Of a stretch of 64,000 nucleotides of DNA, positions 30,155 to 39,263 are shown one piece after another; within the stretch, counting starts at the first letter, position 1, and each line of letters opens with the position of its first letter. Source of the stretch: an uncultured Spirochaetota bacterium (GTDB lineage Bacteria > Spirochaetota > Brevinematia > Brevinematales > JAOACQ01); contig CAWIGG010000002.1 in assembly GCA_963835575.1 (NCBI GenBank), positions 160,001-224,000 of the forward strand, given 5' to 3'. A model generated the notes under the pieces. It ran no database searches. It was given only the letters and a program-made list of their open reading frames with translations, and was not told where the DNA came from. The position numbers were made by a program, and so were the translations under genes.

Positions 30155-32662
30155 ATGGTGAGGGAAAGGGTTTCCTCAGTAATAAAGAAAACAACGGAGT
30201 CCCGCGTCACGCTGGGTTTGTTGATTGATTGGCTGGGAACTCCCTACCATTCTAAAGTGCTGTCAGGAATTTCCGATTTTGCCCGGGAAAAGAATGTCAA
30301 TCTGCTCGCATTTGTCACAGGCCGTCTGCATTCCAATTATGAATGGGAAAAATGCAGGAATTTGCTCTTTAGTTTTGTTGATGAGAATAATGTAGACGGT
30401 TTGCTTGTCATGGCGCCTTCTATAGGGAATATTGTAGGCCTTGAAAGTGTAGGCGACCTGCTTAAACAGTATACAAATATTCCAATAGTAACAATCGGCG
30501 AAAAATACCAGAAGTATCCATGTGTTTCCATTGATAATGAAAGCGGGATGCAGACTCTTCTTAAGCATTTAATTGAAAATCATGGTTTTAAAAGAATAGC
30601 CTATATTTTAGGACCGCGCGGTAATACAGAAGCTGATGCCCGGTTCAGGGCCTATACTGAAGTGCTTAAAAAGTATAATATACCGCTGGATTGGGATCTG
30701 GTCATTCAGGGTGATTTTCTTATCTTTTCCGGAAGGAATGCGGTTAAAACTTTAATGGACGAAAGAAAAGTCAAATTTGATGTGATTGTCGCTTCCAATG
30801 ATACAATGGCCCTGGGAGTTATGGAAGAGCTCAGGCAGAGGAAAATCCAGGTCCCGGAAGATATACCTGTTGTCGGCTTTGATGATATCGAGATCAGCCA
30901 GTATGCTAAATTGTCAACGGTCAAACAGCCATTTTACGCGCAGGGCAAGGAAGCGGCGGATGTATTATACCATCATATTCAGGGCAAACAGGTCCCTCCT
31001 ATCACTTTACTTCCGACTGAACTTATCATCCGTGATTCATGCGGGTGCTATTTTGTTAACCCTCAGATACCGATCATAGAAACACTCCAGATAGCAGATA
31101 ATGATTTTGTGTCGGTAATACTGCAGAATAAAAATCAGGTCTTTAATGAAATTAAGAAATTGAAAGGAATTGAAGGCCAGGTCAAGGGATCCGTTTTGAG
31201 CTGGGCCGAGAAAATATTAGAAGCGTTTCTCGAAGAAGTAAATGGAAAAAAAAGAAATGTTTTTCTGCAGATATGGAATAAGGTCATTTTCCTGGCCATT
31301 GCGGAAAAAGTCAATCTGGTCCTTATCAGAGACATTTTTTCAATCATAAAGAAAAATATACTGTCCCTGTCAGCCGGGCAGAAGATGCTGCTTTTTATTG
31401 AGTCTTTATTCCAGCAGGCGGAAGGAATGATTGAAGAAGCTGTCCAGAGGACAGAAGCATTTCATAGAATTCTGTTTGATTATGAGCTTGAGGAAATAAA
31501 TGATATCGGCGAAAAGCTGATGGCCAATCTGGAACTGGAAGACGAGATAAAAGTTGCTTATCAGGAGTTTCCAGGTTTCGGAATCAAACAATGCTATCTT
31601 TCGCTGTATGAAGATCCCGAAAAACCGCTTAAGTATTCAAAGTTGGTTCTCGGCTATAATGAAAAAGGCATCCTGCCGATTCAGAAAGGCGGGATCCGTT
31701 TTCCGACAAAAAATCTTTTACCGCCGGATTTATTCCCGTCCTCGAGCCGTTTCAGTATGCTGGTGGAAGATTTATTCCAGGGTTATGAACAGATCGGCTT
31801 TGTTTTATTTGATATGGGGGCCAGGGAGCTTCAAACCTACGAAATCCTCAGGCATAAAATGAGCATCGCGCTGAAAGGTTCCATGCTGATAGGCAGGATT
31901 AAAAACCAGGCTGAATATCTGGAAGAAGAAGTAAAGGAGAGGACGGCCGACCTCCTTGAAACCAATAAAAGACTGGAAAAGGAAATTCAGGACAGAAAAA
32001 AAGCCGAGGAAAACCTGAGAAACAGCGAAGAGCGTTTCAGGGAAATTGCCCTGCTTCTTCCCACTATCGTTATTGAGACTGATATAAATCTTGGAATTAC
32101 ATTTATTAATAAAGCGGGATATGAAGCCCTGGATCTTTCTGACAGCGAATTGAAAATGGATTTTTCACTTCTGGATTTTGTTTATACAGATGATAGAAAG
32201 CGGTTTGAGGAATATTGCGAGAGAGTCGTTCAGGGGTCTTCCCCTAATTTCAGGGAATTCCGTATGTTTAAAAAGAGCGGCGCCATTATTACTTTAATGA
32301 CTAAAGCCTCTCCGATTTACAAGAACGGCGCGATTGAAGGCATCCGCTGGAACGCGATTGATATAAAGCCTCTTATGTCCTCTGTCATTATGCCCGAAGA
32401 CTCATTCTTTAAGGAACATAAATTCAGCCCCAGGGAAAAAGAGGTTTTGCTTCTCATGCTTCAGGGGCATAAAATTAAGGATATTGCGAAAAAGCTTTTT
32501 ATCACTGAAAGTACTATTAAAGGCCATATCGGCGCGATCTATACGGAAATTGGAGTTAAAAACAGATCGGAATTTTTTCAACTTCTCGAAGAATACCAGA
32601 TCAATCATTTCGGTTATCAATCATTCATCTTTTCCATGATCAGCAAATTGGTTAAAGATTAA
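30155..32662 (+). CDS. One-component regulator: LacI-type sugar-binding domain, PAS domain and LuxR HTH
   Basis: IDNESG, RIAYI.GP, ASND.MALG, VPEDIPVVGFDD, LSTVKQP, LIIRDSCG; SEERFR PAS entry; C-terminal SPREKEVL...IKDIAKKLFITESTIKGH; no N-terminal LacI HTH. Confidence 0.9.
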   Translation: MVRERVSSVIKKTTESRVTLGLLIDWLGTPYHSKVLSGISDFAREKNVNLLAFVTGRLHSNYEWEKCRNLLFSFVDENNVDGLLVMAPSIGNIVGLESVGDLLKQYTNIPIVTIGEKYQKYPCVSIDNESGMQTLLKHLIENHGFKRIAYILGPRGNTEADARFRAYTEVLKKYNIPLDWDLVIQGDFLIFSGRNAVKTLMDERKVKFDVIVASNDTMALGVMEELRQRKIQVPEDIPVVGFDDIEISQYAKLSTVKQPFYAQGKEAADVLYHHIQGKQVPPITLLPTELIIRDSCGCYFVNPQIPIIETLQIADNDFVSVILQNKNQVFNEIKKLKGIEGQVKGSVLSWAEKILEAFLEEVNGKKRNVFLQIWNKVIFLAIAEKVNLVLIRDIFSIIKKNILSLSAGQKMLLFIESLFQQAEGMIEEAVQRTEAFHRILFDYELEEINDIGEKLMANLELEDEIKVAYQEFPGFGIKQCYLSLYEDPEKPLKYSKLVLGYNEKGILPIQKGGIRFPTKNLLPPDLFPSSSRFSMLVEDLFQGYEQIGFVLFDMGARELQTYEILRHKMSIALKGSMLIGRIKNQAEYLEEEVKERTADLLETNKRLEKEIQDRKKAEENLRNSEERFREIALLLPTIVIETDINLGITFINKAGYEALDLSDSELKMDFSLLDFVYTDDRKRFEEYCERVVQGSSPNFREFRMFKKSGAIITLMTKASPIYKNGAIEGIRWNAIDIKPLMSSVIMPEDSFFKEHKFSPREKEVLLLMLQGHKIKDIAKKLFITESTIKGHIGAIYTEIGVKNRSEFFQLLEEYQINHFGYQSFIFSMISKLVKD

Positions 32663-32867
32663 AATGTTGACTGAAAACAGTCAGAAACGATGCAGTGAGC
32701 CGTTGTGCTGAGCCGCTGAACTGAGCTTTTGTCTAAGCATTGCCGAACTGCCGAAAGTTAACAGTAAAATTAACGGTTTATGCGGAAATTTATCTATCGA
32801 ATATTCGTTAAAACTTATTTTTGCAGCATTTTGTGATGTATAAAAAAATTCTCGTCATTCCAATATC

Positions 32868-32955
32868 CTACCACTGGTCGTATTAAATCCATACTCAAGG
32901 TATTGTTAAATCAATACTATGAGTCTGTATTGGTTTTATCAGAAGCTTTTATAAT
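32868..32955 (+). promoter_or_regulatory. Cellulase promoter 1: three boxes at 23-bp period plus TATAAT
   Basis: CTACCACTGGTCG (32868), ATACTCAAGGTAT (32891), ATACTATGAGTCT (32914), TATAAT (32950). Confidence 0.75.
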
Positions 32956-33019
32956 AAATATCATCAATAATAGAAAGGGATAAATCCATTTCATAATAAA
33001 CTTTTAGAGGAGGAAAATT

Positions 33020-35677
33020 ATGAAGAAAATCTTCGGTTTAAAGAGATTAATCGCTCTTTTGACCATTGTAACGGCGGGCATTGTTCTGTCTTTACTGATC
33101 GTTTCATGCTCGACGACGTTAAGTTCTGGCGGTAATAATGGTTTTACAAGCCAGAATACAGAAACAAAGGCTGGAGGCTATAACTACGGCGAAGCCATCC
33201 AGAAAGCCATTATGTTCTACGAGTTTCAGCGCTCCGGAAAAATTGCCGCGGCTGATACAAACGGCCGTATGAACTGGCGCGGAAGTAGCGATATCAATGA
33301 CGGCTCTGATAACGGCATTGACCTGACCGGAGGCTGGCATGACGCGGGAGACCATGTCAAGTTTAACCTGCCCATGGCTTATTCGATATCCATGCTCTCC
33401 TGGGCTATTTATGAATACGGTGCGGCCCTTCAGTCCAGCGGCCAGTACGGCTACCTGACAAACAACATCAAGTGGGCTACGGATTATCTATTGAAATGCA
33501 GCGCCGGGTCCTCATATTATTATCAGGTCGGCAGCGGCGGCAATGATCATTCATGGTGGGGCCCCTGCGAAGTAAACCCGACCGTCAGGCCTTCCTACGC
33601 TGTAACCAGCGGCGGTTCGGCTGTAGCCGGTGAAACCGCGGCAGCTTTAGCCGCTGCAGCATGGGTTTTCCAGAACGGCGGTAATACTTCCTATGCTTCC
33701 ACGCTTCTCAGCACCGCCGAATCCCTTTATACCAAAGCCGCTTCCTGGGCCAGCGATTCCGCTTACAACAGCGGAGCGGCCAGCGGTTTTTACACATCTT
33801 CCAGCTGGGCCGACGACCTTTCCTGGGCAGCCATCTGGATCTATCTGGCCGGCGGCGGCAGCAGCTATCTGACAGCCGCGCAATCATGGACCAACCAATG
33901 GCCTGTCGTTACCGGATCATCCACATGGGATTACAGATGGACACAGTGCTGGGATGACGTTCACTACGGCGCTGAACTTATGCTGGCTAAATTAACAGGC
34001 CTTGACGTTTACAGGACCGCTATCGAACAGAGCCTGCAGTTCTGGACAACCGGTTATAACGGATTAAAAGTTACCTATACACCGGGCGGACTGGCATGGC
34101 TTTCAGAATGGGGTTGTCTGCGGTATGCCGTGAGCGAATCGTTTCTCGCATTTGTTTACACCGATTGGACAAACGCCGCGACGAGTAATCTGAGCGCTTA
34201 CAAGAGCTTTGCGGAAAACCAGGTTAACTATGTTCTGGGATCCACGGGAAAAAGCTATGAAATCGGTTTCGGAAGCAGTTATCCCCAGCATCCTCATCAC
34301 AGGACTGCTGAAAGCTCCTGGGCCAATGATATGAACACGCCGTCTTACGCAAGGCATACGATTTACGGAGCGCTTGTCGGCGGTCCGGACGCAAGCGATA
34401 ATTTTACAGATGCAGTCGGTTCGTATCAATACACAGAACCGGCCTGCGATTATAACGCGGGTTTTATCGCCTCACTTTCCAGAATGTACAAAGTTTACGG
34501 CGGTACGCCGATTGCGAACTTTACAAGCGCCATAGAAGTTCCTTCCAATACCGAGTTTTTCGTGTCGACGCAGCCTAACAGCACCGGCGCCAACTATTTT
34601 GAGGTGGCTGCCTGGCTGAACAACATGTCCGGCTGGCCGGCAAGACCGGGTACGAATCTTTCGTTCCGGTATTTTATCAATACTTCTGAATTTGCGGCAA
34701 ACGGCTACAGCGATACCAATGTTGCCATCACAGTCAATTACAACCAGGGCAACGCAACGGTATCGCCCAATCTGGTAGCATGGGACGCCGCAAATCATAT
34801 CTACTATGTCAATGTAAGTTTCAACAATACGAATATCTATCCCGGCGGACAGGGCATTTACCAGATGCAGATCCAGTTCAGGGTAGCGGGTCCGCAGAAC
34901 ACCAGCTTCTGGAGCAACCAGAACAACTGGTCCTATCAGGGCGGCATGACTACCAACAGTCCCAACCAGAATGTGCCTGTGTATATGTCCGGTGTTAAGA
35001 TATACGGTAATGAACCCGGAACATCCACTTCATCTTCTTCTGTTGCATCTTCAGTTGCAGTAAGTTCAAGCCTGGCCGCATCCAGCGTAGCGTCTTCTGT
35101 TGCGGTCAGTTCGAGCAGATCGAGTGTTGCGTCTTCGACAGCAGTAAGTTCAAGCCTGGCCGCATCCAGCGTAGCGTCTTCTGTTGCAGTTAGTTCGAGC
35201 AGATCGAGCGTAGCATCTTCAGTTGCGGTAAGCTCCAGCCGGTCGAGCGTAGCTTCTTCAGCAGCAGTCAGCTCGAGCCGGGCTGCATCCAGTGTTGCAG
35301 CTTCTAGCGTGGCTTCCAGCGTCGCAGTGTCCAGTGCGGCTTCAAGTACAGCCGGCGGATATGCTGTGAATTATACAGTCAATAATGACTGGGGTGCGGG
35401 CGCTACATGCACGGTGACCATAAAGAACAATTCCGCTACAGCCCTCAGTAGCTGGTCTCTTGTCTGGACTTTTGCAGGCAACCAGGCTATAACCCAGATA
35501 TGGAGCGCCAGTCAGACTACCAGCGGTGAAACAGTGACAGCCGTGAATTTAAGCTACAACGGTACGATCGGCGCGAATGGCGGAACGCAGAGCTTCGGCT
35601 TCAATTTGAGCTACAGCGGGTCCAATGCAAAACCGACTTCGTTCACTCTGAACGGAACGGCATGTACAACATATTAA
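33020..35677 (+). CDS. Lipoprotein endoglucanase GH9-CBM3c-linker-CBM2
   Basis: Lipobox IVSC; FYEFQRSG, DLTGGWHDAGD, HPHHR, TEPACDYNA; CBM3c SGWPAR..LSFRYF; CBM2 NDWGAG...W.L.W...QIW...SFGF. Confidence 0.95.
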   Translation: MKKIFGLKRLIALLTIVTAGIVLSLLIVSCSTTLSSGGNNGFTSQNTETKAGGYNYGEAIQKAIMFYEFQRSGKIAAADTNGRMNWRGSSDINDGSDNGIDLTGGWHDAGDHVKFNLPMAYSISMLSWAIYEYGAALQSSGQYGYLTNNIKWATDYLLKCSAGSSYYYQVGSGGNDHSWWGPCEVNPTVRPSYAVTSGGSAVAGETAAALAAAAWVFQNGGNTSYASTLLSTAESLYTKAASWASDSAYNSGAASGFYTSSSWADDLSWAAIWIYLAGGGSSYLTAAQSWTNQWPVVTGSSTWDYRWTQCWDDVHYGAELMLAKLTGLDVYRTAIEQSLQFWTTGYNGLKVTYTPGGLAWLSEWGCLRYAVSESFLAFVYTDWTNAATSNLSAYKSFAENQVNYVLGSTGKSYEIGFGSSYPQHPHHRTAESSWANDMNTPSYARHTIYGALVGGPDASDNFTDAVGSYQYTEPACDYNAGFIASLSRMYKVYGGTPIANFTSAIEVPSNTEFFVSTQPNSTGANYFEVAAWLNNMSGWPARPGTNLSFRYFINTSEFAANGYSDTNVAITVNYNQGNATVSPNLVAWDAANHIYYVNVSFNNTNIYPGGQGIYQMQIQFRVAGPQNTSFWSNQNNWSYQGGMTTNSPNQNVPVYMSGVKIYGNEPGTSTSSSSVASSVAVSSSLAASSVASSVAVSSSRSSVASSTAVSSSLAASSVASSVAVSSSRSSVASSVAVSSSRSSVASSAAVSSSRAASSVAASSVASSVAVSSAASSTAGGYAVNYTVNNDWGAGATCTVTIKNNSATALSSWSLVWTFAGNQAITQIWSASQTTSGETVTAVNLSYNGTIGANGGTQSFGFNLSYSGSNAKPTSFTLNGTACTTY

Positions 35678-35830
35678 GTGAAATTCCCGGAAATGTTTCC
35701 GGTCTCATTAGGGGATAGATAAATCTCTATAGTGAGGAAAAGTTATTAATAGATATGTCATTCAGCCCTGTCCGGACGGATGCCGCATCCCCCCGACCGC
35801 GGTATTCGGTTCCGAACAGGGCGATTTTTA
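34946..35830 (+). repeat. 885-bp direct repeat, copy 1 (linker, CBM2 and 3' UTR hairpin)
   Basis: Appears identical to 38006-38890 at an offset of 3060. Confidence 0.85.
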
Positions 35831-35916
35831 TGTAAACATTTATCTGTCGAATATTTGTTAAAACTTATTTTTGCAATATTTTGTGATGTATAAATAAATC
35901 CTCTCATTCCCATGTC

Positions 35917-36004
35917 CTGCCATTGGTCGGAAAAAATCCATACTTAAGGTATTGGTAAATCAATACTATGAGTCTTTATAGATTTTATAAAATGCTCTTA
36001 TAAT
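35917..36004 (+). promoter_or_regulatory. Cellulase promoter 2
   Basis: CTGCCATTGGTCG (35917), ATACTTAAGGTAT (35940), ATACTATGAGTCT (35963), TATAAT (35999). Confidence 0.75.
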
Positions 36005-36070
36005 AATCATCATAAATAGTTGATAGAAAGAAATTCATTTCAATAATAAACTTTTAAAGGAGGATATTTT

Positions 36071-38737
36071 ATGAAGAAAATCTTCGGTTTAAAGAGGTTA
36101 ATCGCTCTTTTGACCATTGTAACAGCGGGTATTGTTCTCGCAGCTTTTATCGTATCCTGTTCGCTGGTTTCCCATGAGAATTCCGGCCAGGGCTTCGATT
36201 CGAACCCTAATACTATGAAATCCGCGACGACATCAGGCGGCGGATATAACTACGGCGAAGCCATCCAGAAAGCCATTATGTTCTACGAGTTTCAGCGTTC
36301 AGGCAAGATCAACTCCGCTGATACTAACGGCCGTATGAACTGGCGCGGAGACAGCGATCTTAATGACGGCTCCGACAACGGTATAGACCTGACCGGCGGC
36401 TGGCATGACGCCGGCGATAATGTCAAGTTCAACCTGCCCATGTCCTACTCCGTATCCATGCTCTCCTGGGCCATCTACGAATACGGGGCCGCGATTCAAT
36501 CAAGCGGCCAGTACGGCTATCTGACGAACAATATCAAGTGGGCGACCGATTATCTATTGAAATGCAGCGCCGGGTCCTCATATTATTACCAGGTCGGCAG
36601 CGGCGCCAACGACCATTCATGGTGGGGACCTTGCGAAGTTAACCCAACGGTAAGGCCTTCATACTCATTGAGTAGCGGCGGTTCGGCAGTGGCCGGTGAA
36701 ACCGCGGCCGCTTTAGCCGCCGCAGCATGGGTTTTCCAGAACGGCGGAAATACTTCTTATGCTTCCACTCTGCTCACGCGCGCTGAATCCTTATATGCTT
36801 CAGCCGCTTCCTGGGCAAGCGATTCCGCATATAACTCCGGCGCCGCAAACGGTTATTATGGTTCCTCATGCTGGGCCGACGACCTTTCCTGGGCCGCAAT
36901 CTGGATCTACATTGCGGGCGGCGGAAGTTCTTACCTGACAGCCGCACAAACATGGACTAACCAATGGCCTGTCGTTACCGGATCATCCACATGGGATTAC
37001 AGGTGGACACAGTGCTGGGATGACGTTCACTACGGCGCTGAACTTATGCTGGCTAAATTAACAGGCCTTGACGTTTATAGGACCGCTATCGAACAGAGCC
37101 TGCAGTTCTGGACAACCGGTTATAACGGATTAAAAGTTACCTATACACCGGGCGGACTGGCATGGCTTTCACAATGGGGCTGTCTGCGGTATGCCATGAG
37201 CGAAGCGTTTCTCGCATTTGTCTACTGCGATTGGACAAACGCCGCAACGAGCAATCTGAGCGCTTACAAGAGCTTTGCTGAATCCCAGGTCAACTATGTT
37301 CTGGGCGCCACGGGCAGGAGCTTTGAAATCGGTTTCGGAACAAATTATCCCCTGCATCCGCACCACAGGACCGCGCAGGGTTCCTGGGCCGGCGATATGA
37401 ACATCCCGTCCTACTCAAGACATGTCCTTTACGGAGCGCTTAGCGGTGGTCCCGACTCAAGCGATGCTTTTACAGATGCTGTCGGTTCATATCAATGCAC
37501 CGAACCTGCCTGCGATTACAACGCGGGTTTTATCGCCTCACTTTCCAGAATGTACAAAGTTTACGGCGGTACGCCGATTGCGAACTTTACAAGCGCCATA
37601 GAAGTTCCTTCCAATACCGAGATTTTTGCATCCTCAATGTCGTACTATATGGGAACCGGCACTTATCAGGTAGTGGCGTTTATGAATAATATGTCGGGCT
37701 GGCCGGCAAGACCGGGCACCAATCTCTCTTTCAGGTGGTTTATCAATACATCATCGCTTGTCTCAGCCGGTTATTCCGATACGAATGTCACCGTACAGGT
37801 GAACGGAGGTGCGGGAAAGGTATCGCCGAATTTGATTGCATGGAACGCGGCCAGTCATATTTACTATGTTAATGTCGACTTCAGCGGCACAAACATCTGT
37901 CCTGCCGGGAATAATGTTTATCAGCTTCAGGCCAGCTTCCAGCTGAACGGCCCTTCAGGATCTACAGCATATAATTACAGCAATGACTGGTCTTACCTGG
38001 GAGGTATGACTACCAACAGTCCCAACCAGAATGTGCCTGTGTATATGTCCGGTGTTAAGATATACGGTAATGAACCCGGAACATCCACTTCATCTTCTTC
38101 TGTTGCATCTTCAGTTGCAGTAAGTTCAAGCCTGGCCGCATCCAGCGTAGCGTCTTCTGTTGCGGTCAGTTCGAGCAGATCGAGTGTTGCGTCTTCGACA
38201 GCAGTAAGTTCAAGCCTGGCCGCATCCAGCGTAGCGTCTTCTGTTGCAGTTAGTTCGAGCAGATCGAGCGTAGCATCTTCAGTTGCGGTAAGCTCCAGCC
38301 GGTCGAGCGTAGCTTCTTCAGCAGCAGTCAGCTCGAGCCGGGCTGCATCCAGTGTTGCAGCTTCTAGCGTGGCTTCCAGCGTCGCAGTGTCCAGTGCGGC
38401 TTCAAGTACAGCCGGCGGATATGCTGTGAATTATACAGTCAATAATGACTGGGGTGCGGGCGCTACATGCACGGTGACCATAAAGAACAATTCCGCTACA
38501 GCCCTCAGTAGCTGGTCTCTTGTCTGGACTTTTGCAGGCAACCAGGCTATAACCCAGATATGGAGCGCCAGTCAGACTACCAGCGGTGAAACAGTGACAG
38601 CCGTGAATTTAAGCTACAACGGTACGATCGGCGCGAATGGCGGAACGCAGAGCTTCGGCTTCAATTTGAGCTACAGCGGGTCCAATGCAAAACCGACTTC
38701 GTTCACTCTGAACGGAACGGCATGTACAACATATTAA
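36071..38737 (+). CDS. Lipoprotein endoglucanase GH9-CBM3c-linker-CBM2, close paralog of 33020
   Basis: Same motifs; DAGD and TEPACDYNA catalytic residues intact. Confidence 0.95.
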   Translation: MKKIFGLKRLIALLTIVTAGIVLAAFIVSCSLVSHENSGQGFDSNPNTMKSATTSGGGYNYGEAIQKAIMFYEFQRSGKINSADTNGRMNWRGDSDLNDGSDNGIDLTGGWHDAGDNVKFNLPMSYSVSMLSWAIYEYGAAIQSSGQYGYLTNNIKWATDYLLKCSAGSSYYYQVGSGANDHSWWGPCEVNPTVRPSYSLSSGGSAVAGETAAALAAAAWVFQNGGNTSYASTLLTRAESLYASAASWASDSAYNSGAANGYYGSSCWADDLSWAAIWIYIAGGGSSYLTAAQTWTNQWPVVTGSSTWDYRWTQCWDDVHYGAELMLAKLTGLDVYRTAIEQSLQFWTTGYNGLKVTYTPGGLAWLSQWGCLRYAMSEAFLAFVYCDWTNAATSNLSAYKSFAESQVNYVLGATGRSFEIGFGTNYPLHPHHRTAQGSWAGDMNIPSYSRHVLYGALSGGPDSSDAFTDAVGSYQCTEPACDYNAGFIASLSRMYKVYGGTPIANFTSAIEVPSNTEIFASSMSYYMGTGTYQVVAFMNNMSGWPARPGTNLSFRWFINTSSLVSAGYSDTNVTVQVNGGAGKVSPNLIAWNAASHIYYVNVDFSGTNICPAGNNVYQLQASFQLNGPSGSTAYNYSNDWSYLGGMTTNSPNQNVPVYMSGVKIYGNEPGTSTSSSSVASSVAVSSSLAASSVASSVAVSSSRSSVASSTAVSSSLAASSVASSVAVSSSRSSVASSVAVSSSRSSVASSAAVSSSRAASSVAASSVASSVAVSSAASSTAGGYAVNYTVNNDWGAGATCTVTIKNNSATALSSWSLVWTFAGNQAITQIWSASQTTSGETVTAVNLSYNGTIGANGGTQSFGFNLSYSGSNAKPTSFTLNGTACTTY

Positions 38738-38890
38738 GTGAAATTCCCGGAAATGTTTCCGGTCTCATTAGGGGATAGATAAATCTCTATAGTGAGGAAA
38801 AGTTATTAATAGATATGTCATTCAGCCCTGTCCGGACGGATGCCGCATCCCCCCGACCGCGGTATTCGGTTCCGAACAGGGCGATTTTTA
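38006..38890 (+). repeat. 885-bp direct repeat, copy 2
   Basis: Appears identical to 34946-35830. Confidence 0.85.
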
Positions 38891-39114
38891 ATGGATCCAT
38901 AAACGAAATTCAGTTCAGATCATTCATTCGTCTTTTCCATGATCAGCGAATTGGTTAAAGATTAAAAAAGTTAATATTTTAAAAACAGCAGCCGGCATTC
39001 GGCGGTATATGGCGTAAATGCCGTTTATCTGCCGATAACTCGTATAAAATTCTTCCATTTCTTTAATTGAGTAAAATTCTTGAATTTTCCAGAGTTTTTA
39101 ATCATTTCAATGTC

Positions 39115-39202
39115 CTACCGTAAGTCGGATTAAAACCATACTTAAGGTATTGTCAAATCAATACTATGAGTCTGCATAGATTTTATTGGAAGATTTTATA
39201 AT
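39115..39202 (+). promoter_or_regulatory. Cellulase promoter 3
   Basis: CTACCGTAAGTCG (39115), ATACTTAAGGTAT (39138), ATACTATGAGTCT (39161), TATAAT (39197). Confidence 0.75.
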
Positions 39203-39263
39203 ATTTATTATCAAAAGTTTAAGAAGAAAATTCATTTCATAAAAAACTGTAAGGAGGAAAATT

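Noticed and set aside
32868..32930. 23-bp periodic repeats as a mini-CRISPR array
   Set aside because: Only 2-3 units with about 10-bp spacers, no cas genes, and a fixed position relative to TATAAT; they fit operator sites
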